A DNA stretch of 64,000 nt from positions 64,001-128,000 of the forward strand of contig JAVBWN010000012.1 in the NCBI GenBank assembly GCA_036677365.1, given 5' to 3'. This DNA comes from Acholeplasma sp. GTDB lineage: Bacteria; Bacillota_I; Bacilli_A; Acholeplasmatales; UBA5453. Below, in pieces: positions 1 through 9,248 of this stretch. The position numbers and the translations under genes were made by a program. How positions within the stretch are numbered: position 1 is the stretch's first letter; each line of letters starts with the position of its first letter. The notes below the pieces were generated by a model that saw only the letters and a program-made list of their open reading frames with translations, made no database searches and had not been told where the DNA came from.

Positions 1-332
1 TTGAACGCGCAAAATCACTACTGAACAAAGTAGAAAAAAGTGTCCCAATCCTCTTTATTACACATACGCCATTTAAGGAGTACTCTGTTTCTAACAATAA
101 AGACATTGGGGTTCCATCCAACTGGATTTTCAATGATTATCCAAATGTTAAAGTATACATACATGGGCATGGGCATTCAAAATCCATGAAGAAAAAAATT
201 AGAAACATATGGTGTATTACTAATCCAGTCATTTTTCCAGAATCTATGATTGAAATGTCATTTTCAAAAGAAGAAGTCTCAAGTATGCTAGGATTAGAAC
301 AAAAATCAATCCATTTAGATTTAAAGAAGTAA
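1..332 (+). CDS. Calcineurin-like metallophosphoesterase, 5'-partial (C-terminal part only)
   Basis: Not in the ORF track. Frame from nt 3 reads ERAKSLLNKVEKSVPILFITHTPF...KVYIHGHGHS... to TAA at 330-332; THxP and HGHxH are the last two metallophosphoesterase motifs. Confidence 0.7.
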   Translation, partial: ERAKSLLNKVEKSVPILFITHTPFKEYSVSNNKDIGVPSNWIFNDYPNVKVYIHGHGHSKSMKKKIRNIWCITNPVIFPESMIEMSFSKEEVSSMLGLEQKSIHLDLKK

Positions 333-371
333 AATTCATATGGTTTACAAATTAAGGAGATGAGGTAGATT

Positions 372-857
372 ATGTTATCCACAAAAAATGTTATCGAAAT
401 GATTCATGAAAAGTATCAAAATGATACTATTTTATTGATTGCTACAGCGAAGGAGAATGTTCCTACGGTTAGATCTGTCGATAGTTTTTACTATCAGGGT
501 TCATTTTGGATTGTTACCGATTTGAATTGTAACTATGTTAAAGAAATCCAAAGCAATCCTTATGTGATGATATCCGATGGTGGACACAACCGCTTTTGGT
601 GTAAGGCGGTAGTTACTGGACACCCATTAGATGATATCAATCTACCGATTAGAGAAGAATTCTTATAGGTGTTCCACCATTGGTATAAAGAAGTCAATAA
701 TGAAGCATTAACCTCTGTTTGTTATGTAAAAGCAACCCCATATAAAGGTTATATTCATAAAGATAAAAAGGGTTATACATTCAATATGGAAGAAAACACA
801 GTAACTGTTTCAGACATTACTCATCACATCGATGTCAAACTCGAACCATTTTGGTAA
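372..857 (+). pseudogene. Pyridoxamine 5'-phosphate oxidase-like (FMN-binding split barrel) protein interrupted by an in-frame TAG
   Basis: ORFs 372-668 and 669-857 are in one frame, separated only by TAG at 666-668 (EEFL*VFHHWY). N-terminal LIATAKENVPTVRSVD...FWIVT...KEIQSNPYV is typical of PNPOx-like proteins. Confidence 0.65.
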
Positions 858-880
858 TCTATACGCTTAAGGAGAACAAC

Positions 881-1729
881 ATGAAACGTATTTTAAATAT
901 ATTACTGATCATCATATTATCCCCAGTTATTTTAGTTGTCGCTGTGATTGGCTTTTTCAGTTATTTTTTTGTCATGCCATTTGAAAGGTATAGATATAAA
1001 AACAGTCATTTCTTTAAAACCACCCAAATCAAATACAAGTTTCTCACGATGGCTAATGAAGTACTGAGAACTTACCATACAACCACCCAATTGGGTTTAC
1101 CGATAGAAGTCATAAAAACAACGGAAGACTTTGTGTATCTAAAAGATGACAAAGGTATGAACTACATTTTTCCAGATACGACTCAACTCATCTTTATTAA
1201 AGATCAACTATTCATTAAAAAGAATAATAAAGAACGCATCCCTTTTGAAACAGGGATTCAAGCTGAAATAGAGTCTTATGGTATAGAGGATTTAAACACA
1301 GTTACGTTATTCATTGTTAAAGATAGCATTTCAGATGTAGAAGCATTCAATGCTGCTTATGAATCCAAGTTCAACTATAAAATCTATCAATCCACCAAAG
1401 ATATCGTTGAATACTTGTCTATGGACTCAACGATAGATCCAATCAAACTTCGTATGGCATTGCCCAATCGGTTGTATCTATTATATATGGCTTTGATTGA
1501 AGCTTTAATCGCAGGTGTTGCCTTTTACCTCTTTTATAATCCAGTCCCTAGAATCAGCAACGAAGATATCTTCATTATATTATTCGTCAGTATCCCCGCC
1601 ATTCTCATTCACATATTGACATCTGGTATATTCAAATCTATTAAAAAGAAGTTTCCTAAGTTTATGGATATAAGGTGGGAGTTCTTGGCTGGATTTGTGA
1701 TTGCGCTAGCGATGTTTGGGTGGTTATAA
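881..1729 (+). CDS. Hypothetical membrane protein
   Basis: AAGGAG RBS before ATG 881; one N-terminal and about three C-terminal hydrophobic segments. Confidence 0.7.
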   Translation: MKRILNILLIIILSPVILVVAVIGFFSYFFVMPFERYRYKNSHFFKTTQIKYKFLTMANEVLRTYHTTTQLGLPIEVIKTTEDFVYLKDDKGMNYIFPDTTQLIFIKDQLFIKKNNKERIPFETGIQAEIESYGIEDLNTVTLFIVKDSISDVEAFNAAYESKFNYKIYQSTKDIVEYLSMDSTIDPIKLRMALPNRLYLLYMALIEALIAGVAFYLFYNPVPRISNEDIFIILFVSIPAILIHILTSGIFKSIKKKFPKFMDIRWEFLAGFVIALAMFGWL

Positions 1730-1760
1730 AAAGATTTGATGTATTAAATAGGAGATAATC

Positions 1761-3134
1761 ATGAATATACTTGAAAGTATCAAGATTGCTTCATATAGAA
1801 TAAGCCTTCAAAGATTGAATCTCAAGCTTAACAACAAACACGTCATTATTTCAGATAAAGTACTCAATAAGACCCAACAAAGGGTTAAGTATATTACACT
1901 GAATGTCGATAAAGGTGAGAAGAATGCTAGCTATATCGAACATATTCAAGGATTACAAACCAATATCCTCAAAAACAACCCATATGTTTCATCCTTAATC
2001 GAGAAAACAAAAAAGTACTTAGATGATGTTAACACGCATAAACTGAATCCAAAAGACTTGAGTTTTCCAGATCAAATAAAAGTATATGAAGATTTGATTT
2101 TCTCAATTCAAGAAAAGTCTACCAAGATAACGAGTTTAAGGATTGCTACTAATCAGTATGCATCTGATAATTACATATACAGTGAATGGAAAACCGACTA
2201 TGATTTATTTGAACAACTCAAAATAGCGGATGCTTTAAGAATCTCATTCATAAACCATTATGTAGGATTCAAAACCAAACAAAAATTGAATCAATATAAA
2301 GCGATTGCTATTAGAATCAAACAAAGACAAAAAGGTTTCAATTTTGATCTATCCAATTACAGCAGCGCACTTAGGTTTTATATATCCATAGAGAGTCAAA
2401 TTCAAACACATAATCGTAAATTCTTAGATGATAATATAAAAGGGTATTATGAAACCCATAAGCAAAAGAAGTATTCAATAACGGATTATTTTACGATGTT
2501 AACCAGTATTGAAGATTTAACCATGTCAGAGATAGAAGATTATTTTGATACCCTTCAAACACAATCATCGAATGATTTTGAAATGGTTGTAGAAATGAAT
2601 TTAAGGAAAATATTTCCATCATCCAAAATCATCAGGAGTTTATATCTAAAAACCAACAATATCCAATTACCAACTACCGAAATTGATATGATTTTGTTCT
2701 TAAAGGGGTATATTTTTGTGCTTGAATGTAAGGATTATCAAGGCACCATCTTTGGGTCTTATAATAAAGATCCTTGGTTACAAGTCATTAAAACCGACTA
2801 TAGATATAAACCTGGTGGTAAAGTGTATACCCGTTCCAATTCTTATGAGATAATTAATCCAATCAAACAAAATGAGATGCACATCAGTGTATTGAAAAAA
2901 TATGAACCATTTGATTATAAAAATGTAGTTTTATTCTCTAGTAGTTCTGAACTTAAAGTATCTTCAAAGGAGGTCTATCATCATAGAGACTTTTATGAGT
3001 CTTTAAAACAATTGGAAGAGAAATCAGCCAACACCGATGATATCTACTACAAATTATTATTAGAAAACAAAGGTCGTAGCAAACAAGTTAAGTCTGATCA
3101 CATAGAAGCAATCCAAAGGAAGTATGTGAGCTAA
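1761..3134 (+). CDS. NERD-domain (nuclease-related) protein
   Basis: C-terminal TTEIDMILFLKGYIFVLECKDYQGTIFG...NPIKQNEMHI matches the NERD pattern; AGGAG RBS. Confidence 0.75.
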   Translation: MNILESIKIASYRISLQRLNLKLNNKHVIISDKVLNKTQQRVKYITLNVDKGEKNASYIEHIQGLQTNILKNNPYVSSLIEKTKKYLDDVNTHKLNPKDLSFPDQIKVYEDLIFSIQEKSTKITSLRIATNQYASDNYIYSEWKTDYDLFEQLKIADALRISFINHYVGFKTKQKLNQYKAIAIRIKQRQKGFNFDLSNYSSALRFYISIESQIQTHNRKFLDDNIKGYYETHKQKKYSITDYFTMLTSIEDLTMSEIEDYFDTLQTQSSNDFEMVVEMNLRKIFPSSKIIRSLYLKTNNIQLPTTEIDMILFLKGYIFVLECKDYQGTIFGSYNKDPWLQVIKTDYRYKPGGKVYTRSNSYEIINPIKQNEMHISVLKKYEPFDYKNVVLFSSSSELKVSSKEVYHHRDFYESLKQLEEKSANTDDIYYKLLLENKGRSKQVKSDHIEAIQRKYVS

Positions 3135-3206
3135 CGATTTTCTATAGAACTATTAACTAATCAAACCCGATTTAGAATCTTATATGAAATAGTTTCGAAT
3201 AAAATG

Positions 3207-3240
3207 AAAGATTCGTGTTGTTTAGACATGAATCTTTTTA
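3207..3240 (+). terminator. Probable intrinsic terminator
   Basis: AAAGATTCGTGT...ACATGAATCTTT hairpin followed by a T-run, downstream of the NERD gene. Confidence 0.55.
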
Positions 3241-3476
3241 TTATTTTAGGAAATAATTAAGAAAACAATATATTTCTTAAATAAAAGTGATATAATCAAG
3301 CCATAATGTGTCAAATTTATTAAGTTCTTTGTGGGAGAAGGTATTTAATAATGATGTTTTGACAAATCATTATCTAACCAATGTTCAGGGGAAAACATAG
3401 TGGCATAAACAAACCGACAGTTTTTATTTAAATCGGTTTTTTTAGTTATAACTCAATTCGGAAAGGTAACTTAGGA

Positions 3477-4166
3477 ATGAATATAATCGATCACTCGGAT
3501 AAGTTTTTAAAAGACGGAATTAAAATACAGGTTCTCGAAATAATTGTAGATAATATTGAAAGCCATGCATCAAATTTAATTGAAATATTAAAGTCTACAC
3601 TTTGGATAGATAAGTTAGATATTTTTATGCAAAAGGCATATAGAGCTACATCAAAGAAAACCATTGAAAAACTAGTTCAAATATTTAGCGATGCTAAAAA
3701 TAGTGAGATTAGTTCTTCATTTGGTGAGTATCTAGTTAGTATTGTGTCTGGGTTAGCATTAGAAAGAGAGTTTGGCCACGAAAGGATACCTATTTCTGAA
3801 TTATTAAAAGAAAAAGTTACAGGTAATGCAAGTTTTGACTATCACACTATCGATGATAATGTATTTGTGTTTGGAGAATCTAAATATTCCTCAGTTGATA
3901 ATCCTTATAATGATGCAATTCAACAAGTTAAGGAATTTATTGCGGATGGAAAAGATGATATGGACTTGATTCATCTTAAGAATTTCAGTACGAAAGCAAG
4001 TGAAAACTATATACTAGAAAAAAAACATTATTCAATTTCATTTTCAATAGTATCTAGAAATAGATTATTGGTTTTAAAACATGCTGTAGATAATTATGAT
4101 TATTTTAAGAAGTTTGATAAATGGTATGTTATAGGGGTGATAATTGATGATAATATCGAAGGATAA
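3477..4166 (+). CDS. hamA: Hachiman HamA-like (DUF1837-type) nuclease
   Basis: FGEYL...GNASFDYHT...VFGESKY PD-(D/E)xK-like motif; overlaps a downstream Ski2-like helicase, as in the Hachiman layout. Confidence 0.6.
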   Translation: MNIIDHSDKFLKDGIKIQVLEIIVDNIESHASNLIEILKSTLWIDKLDIFMQKAYRATSKKTIEKLVQIFSDAKNSEISSSFGEYLVSIVSGLALEREFGHERIPISELLKEKVTGNASFDYHTIDDNVFVFGESKYSSVDNPYNDAIQQVKEFIADGKDDMDLIHLKNFSTKASENYILEKKHYSISFSIVSRNRLLVLKHAVDNYDYFKKFDKWYVIGVIIDDNIEG

Positions 4167-6369
4167 TTTGGATGCGGAAAACATACTAATTGAGACACTT
4201 GAAAAAATTAGAACTAGTGGTCCTAACGACTATGATGAAATGGAAACGTTATCGCATATAAAACTTAACCACAACGAGATTTTCATTAAGTACGAATCAC
4301 ATCTTTTGTTTTTGTTAGGGTTATTTTATAAAACAAGTGAGCCTAGAAACATAGTAGATCTTTATCTTAATGAGCTATCTTTGGTTATTAAAGCAGAGAC
4401 AAACATGACATTGTCAATTTTACAAGCAGATATTTATAACAAAATTAAGGAAAGTTTGGTTTTTTCTTTTTCTGCACCAGCAAGTGTAGGGAAATCTCAT
4501 CTTCTAAAAGAACTAATTTATTTAGGTGAAAGAGATGTAGTAATTGTAGTACCATCAAGAGCACTTATTGCTGAATATATTATTGATATTAAAAGTAGAG
4601 TTGACAATAACGTACTAGTTTTACCGTTTATAGATATTATAAATGCTAAGAACACAACTAGAAAAATATATGTAATTACTCCAGAACGAGGAATAGAATT
4701 ATTCAAGTATAAAGGTAAGTTAGACATCGAAATATTCTTTTTTGATGAGGCACAAATATCGGAAGATACAATCAGGGGAATGATATTTGACTCATTTGTC
4801 AGAAGAGTTAAGACTGAATTTCCCGATGCAAAAAAGATTTTTGCTCATCCATATGTGGATAATCCAAATGCTCAACTATTAAAACATAGTTTTGTAACCC
4901 ATTCTACGGCCACAAGATATAATCAAAATACTGTAGGAAAAATATTCGTATCGTGGAATGAAATTGATTTTGAATATTTCTCACCAAACAATAAGAAGAT
5001 TATTGAAAAGATTGATTTTGATATGTTTGATCAACTGTTTGAATCTGGAAAAACACTATTAATATATGCTTCAAAAAATCAAATTAATGATTCAACTAGA
5101 GTGTATCCATTTATTAAAAAATATATTAAGCATTTCCCATCAATTCAGGATAAACGAGCACTAGAGTTAATTCAACAAATGAAAGACTATATTGGTGCTG
5201 ATGATAAAAATAAAAAATCACAGATGATTAGTTATATGAAAAGAGGAATAGTGATGCATCACGGTTCCATGCCTCTTAGAATGAGATTTATTATCGAAGA
5301 GTTTATCAGATTTAATTATGCGAAGATTTGTTTAGCAACATCTACTTTACAACAAGGTATTAATATGCCGTTTGATGCTATTTTTATTGACAATTTTAAT
5401 AGACTACAAACACTATACTTGAAAAATTTGATTGGTCGTGCTGGGAGATCAACAAAACAACCATATTTTGATTATGGATATATTATAGTGAAAAAAAAGA
5501 ATATGAATACATTTATTAATAGAATGAATCAACAATTTGAAATACAAGCGACTTCAAGACTGGATACTCAAGAAGATTTTACTGATATCGATCTACAAGA
5601 TATTGTGGAAGCATCTAGAAATAACACATTCGATGATAAACTGGAAATAACGAAAACACAAGTCGATAGACTAAAAGATTCTAATTTGGATACTAGGATT
5701 GAATCATTATTGGATAACATAGCAGATAATGGTGAAATAAATCTAACTAGTATGAATAGTGTTATTAGGGATGAACTTAAAACGTGTTTAAAAGATATTT
5801 TCATTTCTCATCTAAAAAGAAAGGTATTAACCAAGTATGAAAATAGTATTTTACGTATAGCATTAACAATATATTTATGGAAAATTCAGAAGAAATCATT
5901 TAAAGAAATAATAGCAATACGTTACAATTATTTTCTTAATAATTTTAAGGATAATGCTCCTATTTTTAGTCAAAGTCCCCATAATTTACCAAACAAAAAT
6001 GCTAGATATCAAAACGCTTTTGAAAAACAATCTATCGAAAAATTTAATTACGATACGCTAATATACGACACTTATGATTATTTAGATAAAGTCATTGGAT
6101 TTTCATTAAAAGATCCCATTTCAGCTTATTTTTATATCTTTTACGAAAAATACAAAGATAAAAGGGCTTTGATTATGTACAAATTGCTTAAGTATGGAAC
6201 TTCAGATGAAGATGAAATATTGATGTTAAGATATGGATTTGAGTTTGAAGACTTTGATTGGCTCAAACCAGTCATAAGCAAAATATCAGAGGACAATATT
6301 GAGTTTAACGACAAAACTAGTGATTTGAGTGAACAACAATTAGCAATTATTAACAAGTATGCTTTTTAA
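4147..6369 (+). CDS. hamB: Hachiman HamB-like SF2 (Ski2-type DExH) helicase
   Basis: Motifs SAPASVGKS, VVPSRALI, TPER, DEAQ, HHGSM, ATSTLQQGINMP, NLIGRAGR. Confidence 0.7.
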   Translation: MIISKDNLDAENILIETLEKIRTSGPNDYDEMETLSHIKLNHNEIFIKYESHLLFLLGLFYKTSEPRNIVDLYLNELSLVIKAETNMTLSILQADIYNKIKESLVFSFSAPASVGKSHLLKELIYLGERDVVIVVPSRALIAEYIIDIKSRVDNNVLVLPFIDIINAKNTTRKIYVITPERGIELFKYKGKLDIEIFFFDEAQISEDTIRGMIFDSFVRRVKTEFPDAKKIFAHPYVDNPNAQLLKHSFVTHSTATRYNQNTVGKIFVSWNEIDFEYFSPNNKKIIEKIDFDMFDQLFESGKTLLIYASKNQINDSTRVYPFIKKYIKHFPSIQDKRALELIQQMKDYIGADDKNKKSQMISYMKRGIVMHHGSMPLRMRFIIEEFIRFNYAKICLATSTLQQGINMPFDAIFIDNFNRLQTLYLKNLIGRAGRSTKQPYFDYGYIIVKKKNMNTFINRMNQQFEIQATSRLDTQEDFTDIDLQDIVEASRNNTFDDKLEITKTQVDRLKDSNLDTRIESLLDNIADNGEINLTSMNSVIRDELKTCLKDIFISHLKRKVLTKYENSILRIALTIYLWKIQKKSFKEIIAIRYNYFLNNFKDNAPIFSQSPHNLPNKNARYQNAFEKQSIEKFNYDTLIYDTYDYLDKVIGFSLKDPISAYFYIFYEKYKDKRALIMYKLLKYGTSDEDEILMLRYGFEFEDFDWLKPVISKISEDNIEFNDKTSDLSEQQLAIINKYAF

Positions 6370-6423
6370 TAGTAGTATTGATTATCATAGAATTATTGTC
6401 TTTATATATATGGAAGGAAAACA

Positions 6424-6880
6424 ATGAACATCAATGATAAGAATTCAGAACCAATAAAATCTCTTTCAGATTTTGTAAATCAATATAGAAAAAACCTTGG
6501 AATCATTTTCAAGGACCCAAGTAAAAGTCTATATTACAGAGGAGAAAGCATGGATTATGGTGATTATAGACTTACTCCCAAAGTTTATAGAAAGAACATT
6601 ATTCCAAAATCATCGATTTAATGTTTCTAATCTATATAAGATGTCATATGTTAAACCTATACTTATTAATGAAAAATAAAAAAACAATCGGGTTTATTTG
6701 GTGTTTTTGGATTGAATGATAATGGTCTAAGCTTCATTAGCTATGCTAATTCGAAAAAGACAATTCTAGCAGAATTATCATTTATGACAGGAATAGACCA
6801 CTTTTCGCTTTTTGGTGGAATTGAAGGTTTATCACGAGATTATAAAATTGAATTGTACTACATATTCGTAAACTCGTCGA
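6424..6880 (+). pseudogene. Degraded FRG-domain gene
   Basis: Fragments in different frames: IKSLSDFV...LYYRGES...LTPKVYR (FRG N-terminus); VKPILINEK*KKQSGLFGVFG (like the PxxxNxRIxAQxGxF motif); KKTILAELSFMTGIDHFSLF (typical C-terminus). The QHYG/PTRLLD core is missing. Confidence 0.6.
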
Positions 6881-6908
6881 AAAAAACAAATGTAATACGG
6901 GAGGAAAA

Positions 6909-7661
6909 ATGCAAAATTACGTTGATTATCAAAAATCTATTTCACTTGAGTTATCGGGGCTAAAAAATAGAGTTCGCAATTTTATCGGTTCTGCAAACTG
7001 GAATGAGGAAGGTAGATATAAAGAATCGATACTAATTGACATACTCAAAAGAGCTTTACCAGCACACGTTGGTATTGGAACTGGTTTTGTCATTAATAAC
7101 GATGGAGAAATAACTAAACAAATTGATATCCTAGTGTATGATACTAGGATACCTTTGCTTTTTAAAAAAAATGAGTTTATTTTAACAACAAAAGAATGCG
7201 TATATGGGATTATTGAGGTTAAAACTAAATTGAATAACACCAGTTTCATGACTACTATTGATAATTCATTTCACAATGGAACAATTATTAATAAAAATCA
7301 TAAAAAGAAAATTTTCAATGGAATCTTTTGTTATGATAATGAAGTCACATATTCTGGAATGGTAAAGATGAGATTATTGTCTACTAATGGTGTTGTAAAT
7401 CACATTTCATTGGGTGAACACCAGTTTATCCGATTTTGGCAGAAAGGATTTCCCACACAATCATACCAAAATAATCATTTTGGAGTTTATGAAATGGATA
7501 CACTATCATTTGGTTATTTCATATCAAATTTGGTGGCACATGTTTATGAGAAAGATGACAAAAATTCTACTAGAAATGATCAACTTTATAAATATCTCTT
7601 TCCTATTGACGGAACAAAAGAATCCCGTAGGTTACATACATGGAATATCAGTGAGGATTAA
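6909..7661 (+). CDS. DUF6602 / NucC-like restriction-fold endonuclease
   Basis: EEGRYKESILIDILKRALP...GTGFVI...KQIDILVYD...VYGIIEVKT, the NucC/DUF6602 ID...ExK pattern; GGAGG RBS. Confidence 0.7.
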   Translation: MQNYVDYQKSISLELSGLKNRVRNFIGSANWNEEGRYKESILIDILKRALPAHVGIGTGFVINNDGEITKQIDILVYDTRIPLLFKKNEFILTTKECVYGIIEVKTKLNNTSFMTTIDNSFHNGTIINKNHKKKIFNGIFCYDNEVTYSGMVKMRLLSTNGVVNHISLGEHQFIRFWQKGFPTQSYQNNHFGVYEMDTLSFGYFISNLVAHVYEKDDKNSTRNDQLYKYLFPIDGTKESRRLHTWNISED

Positions 7662-7733
7662 TATTTATAGTAATAACGATTGTTTTAGGTAAACGGGAAA
7701 ATATAAATAATTAGTTAGATAGGAGATGAAAAT

Positions 7734-8363
7734 ATGGAGGCAAAAATAGTAACTCATAATGAGAGTAAAGAAGCTCGACAAAGAGCTAATAAAATAGTAC
7801 ATGAGATTAGAAAACACTATAAAATAAAAGGACAATACAAGTTTAACATTAGATTGATTGGTTCTGGAAAAAGAAGATGTATTGTTAAAGATACCTATGG
7901 TAAGTATGATTTAGACTATCAAATATTACTCACTAAGAATTCGAAGTTGGGTGATTCAAACCCTACAAAAATAAAAACTGACTTTCTACAAGCTTTTTCA
8001 GATTGCAAGAATGAAAATGAAAAAGTAGAAAACTCAACAACTGTTGTTACAGTAAGAGTCTCTAAAAACAAAGGAATTTTTGACGCAAATAATGAAAAGT
8101 TCTCTTTCGATTTTGTGATAATCAGTATTGATGAGTCTAAGAGAATTAGACGTAATGGACTAAACTTATTTACTTGGGTCGAACTCCCAAGTAAAAACTC
8201 ATACATTTATAAGAAATTTAACGCACTGTCAGGAGATGAACAAAGAACACTGTTAGAAAATAATATTATACCGCGAGTTATTGAAGAAAAAGAAAAACCA
8301 GAAGAAGATAGGATATCTTCAGTTCATATATTTTTCGAGGAAGTTAACAATCACGTGGAGTAA
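7734..8363 (+). CDS. Minimal Pol-beta superfamily nucleotidyltransferase (CD-NTase/SMODS-like core)
   Basis: LIGSG...YDLDYQ (hGS...DxD) plus a later strand with a third Asp (FSFDFVII); 209 aa. Confidence 0.7.
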   Translation: MEAKIVTHNESKEARQRANKIVHEIRKHYKIKGQYKFNIRLIGSGKRRCIVKDTYGKYDLDYQILLTKNSKLGDSNPTKIKTDFLQAFSDCKNENEKVENSTTVVTVRVSKNKGIFDANNEKFSFDFVIISIDESKRIRRNGLNLFTWVELPSKNSYIYKKFNALSGDEQRTLLENNIIPRVIEEKEKPEEDRISSVHIFFEEVNNHVE

Positions 8364-8366
8364 ACT

Positions 8367-9122
8367 ATGGAAAAAGAAAAAATAATAAAGAAACTAATAT
8401 TCAATCAAAACATTGATACAGAAATCAATGATGTTGAGTTTTATTTGAGAGTTAAAGGTGTTGCATTTCATCAAAGAGTAATGACGCATTTAGGTGTTGA
8501 TTTTAATGATTCCAATTCGTATATTGAATGGGTAAAAGTATCAGCATTATTGAGATACGATAAAAAACTGCGAGATAAAATATACATATATCTTGCAACC
8601 CTTGAGGAATACATAAGAGCTTATTTAAGTAACAAGTATGAAAATGAACCAGTTCAACCATTTTGGAAAAACGGGGCAAAGTCTCGCCACAATGTTAAAA
8701 CTAGGATACTAAATGGTGAGAACATTTTTGATGTTCTTCAATCAATTGAGTTTGGTCACTTATTATCACAAGTAGAGAATGTCTCAAAAGATGATATAAA
8801 TGAAATGTTTGATTATCCATACGCAATTCATGATAACTTAGGGGCTGTTAAAGAATTAAGGAATGCGGTTAGTCATCATGTTTTTTTAATGGATTATAAG
8901 TTTATGAATTGTGTTGTTAATGGAATTAATAATAATACATTAGAACATAACATAAAAAACCTAAGACAATTATTACCAAAAGAGTATAGATTTGGGAAAA
9001 ACGGAAATGGTGGGATTACTGCTGATATAGACAACTGTAAATACGAAAAAGCAAATAGTAGTAGAATAACAGAAAAGCTTCTGATGAAACTGGATAGTAG
9101 AGACATCGTAAACATGAATTAA
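8367..9122 (+). CDS. Abi family (AbiD/AbiF, Abi_2) HEPN RNase
   Basis: LLRYDKKLRDKIYIYLATLEEYIRAYL, FGHL, and the RxxxxH motif ELRNAVSHH. Confidence 0.75.
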   Translation: MEKEKIIKKLIFNQNIDTEINDVEFYLRVKGVAFHQRVMTHLGVDFNDSNSYIEWVKVSALLRYDKKLRDKIYIYLATLEEYIRAYLSNKYENEPVQPFWKNGAKSRHNVKTRILNGENIFDVLQSIEFGHLLSQVENVSKDDINEMFDYPYAIHDNLGAVKELRNAVSHHVFLMDYKFMNCVVNGINNNTLEHNIKNLRQLLPKEYRFGKNGNGGITADIDNCKYEKANSSRITEKLLMKLDSRDIVNMN

Positions 9123-9126
9123 ATAG

Positions 9127-9181
9127 TTTATAAGAGAAGTCTTATCTAGTACCTTATGTGCACTAAATCTTCTCTTATAAA
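9127..9181 (+). ncRNA. Candidate AbiF-associated structured RNA (hairpin)
   Basis: Perfect 13-bp inverted repeat TTTATAAGAGAAG (9127-9139) / CTTCTCTTATAAA (9169-9181) enclosing a small inner TAGT...ACTA stem, starting 4 nt after the Abi stop. Confidence 0.4.
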
Positions 9182-9248
9182 TTTCAATTCATTAGTGTCA
9201 TCGATGTAGAAAAGGTAAATGAACAAGATAAAAGGAGTAGAACAGCGA

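Noticed and set aside
137..382. Minus-strand 81-aa ORF with CPCPC
   Set aside because: It is the antisense shadow of the + strand metallophosphoesterase tail (HGHGH) at 1-332.
666..668. Genome-wide stop-codon reassignment (TAG readthrough or Mycoplasma code 4)
   Set aside because: TAG ends intact genes (XRE 40838, hsdS 43587), TGA ends others (10718, 48046), and long ORFs use TGG for Trp.
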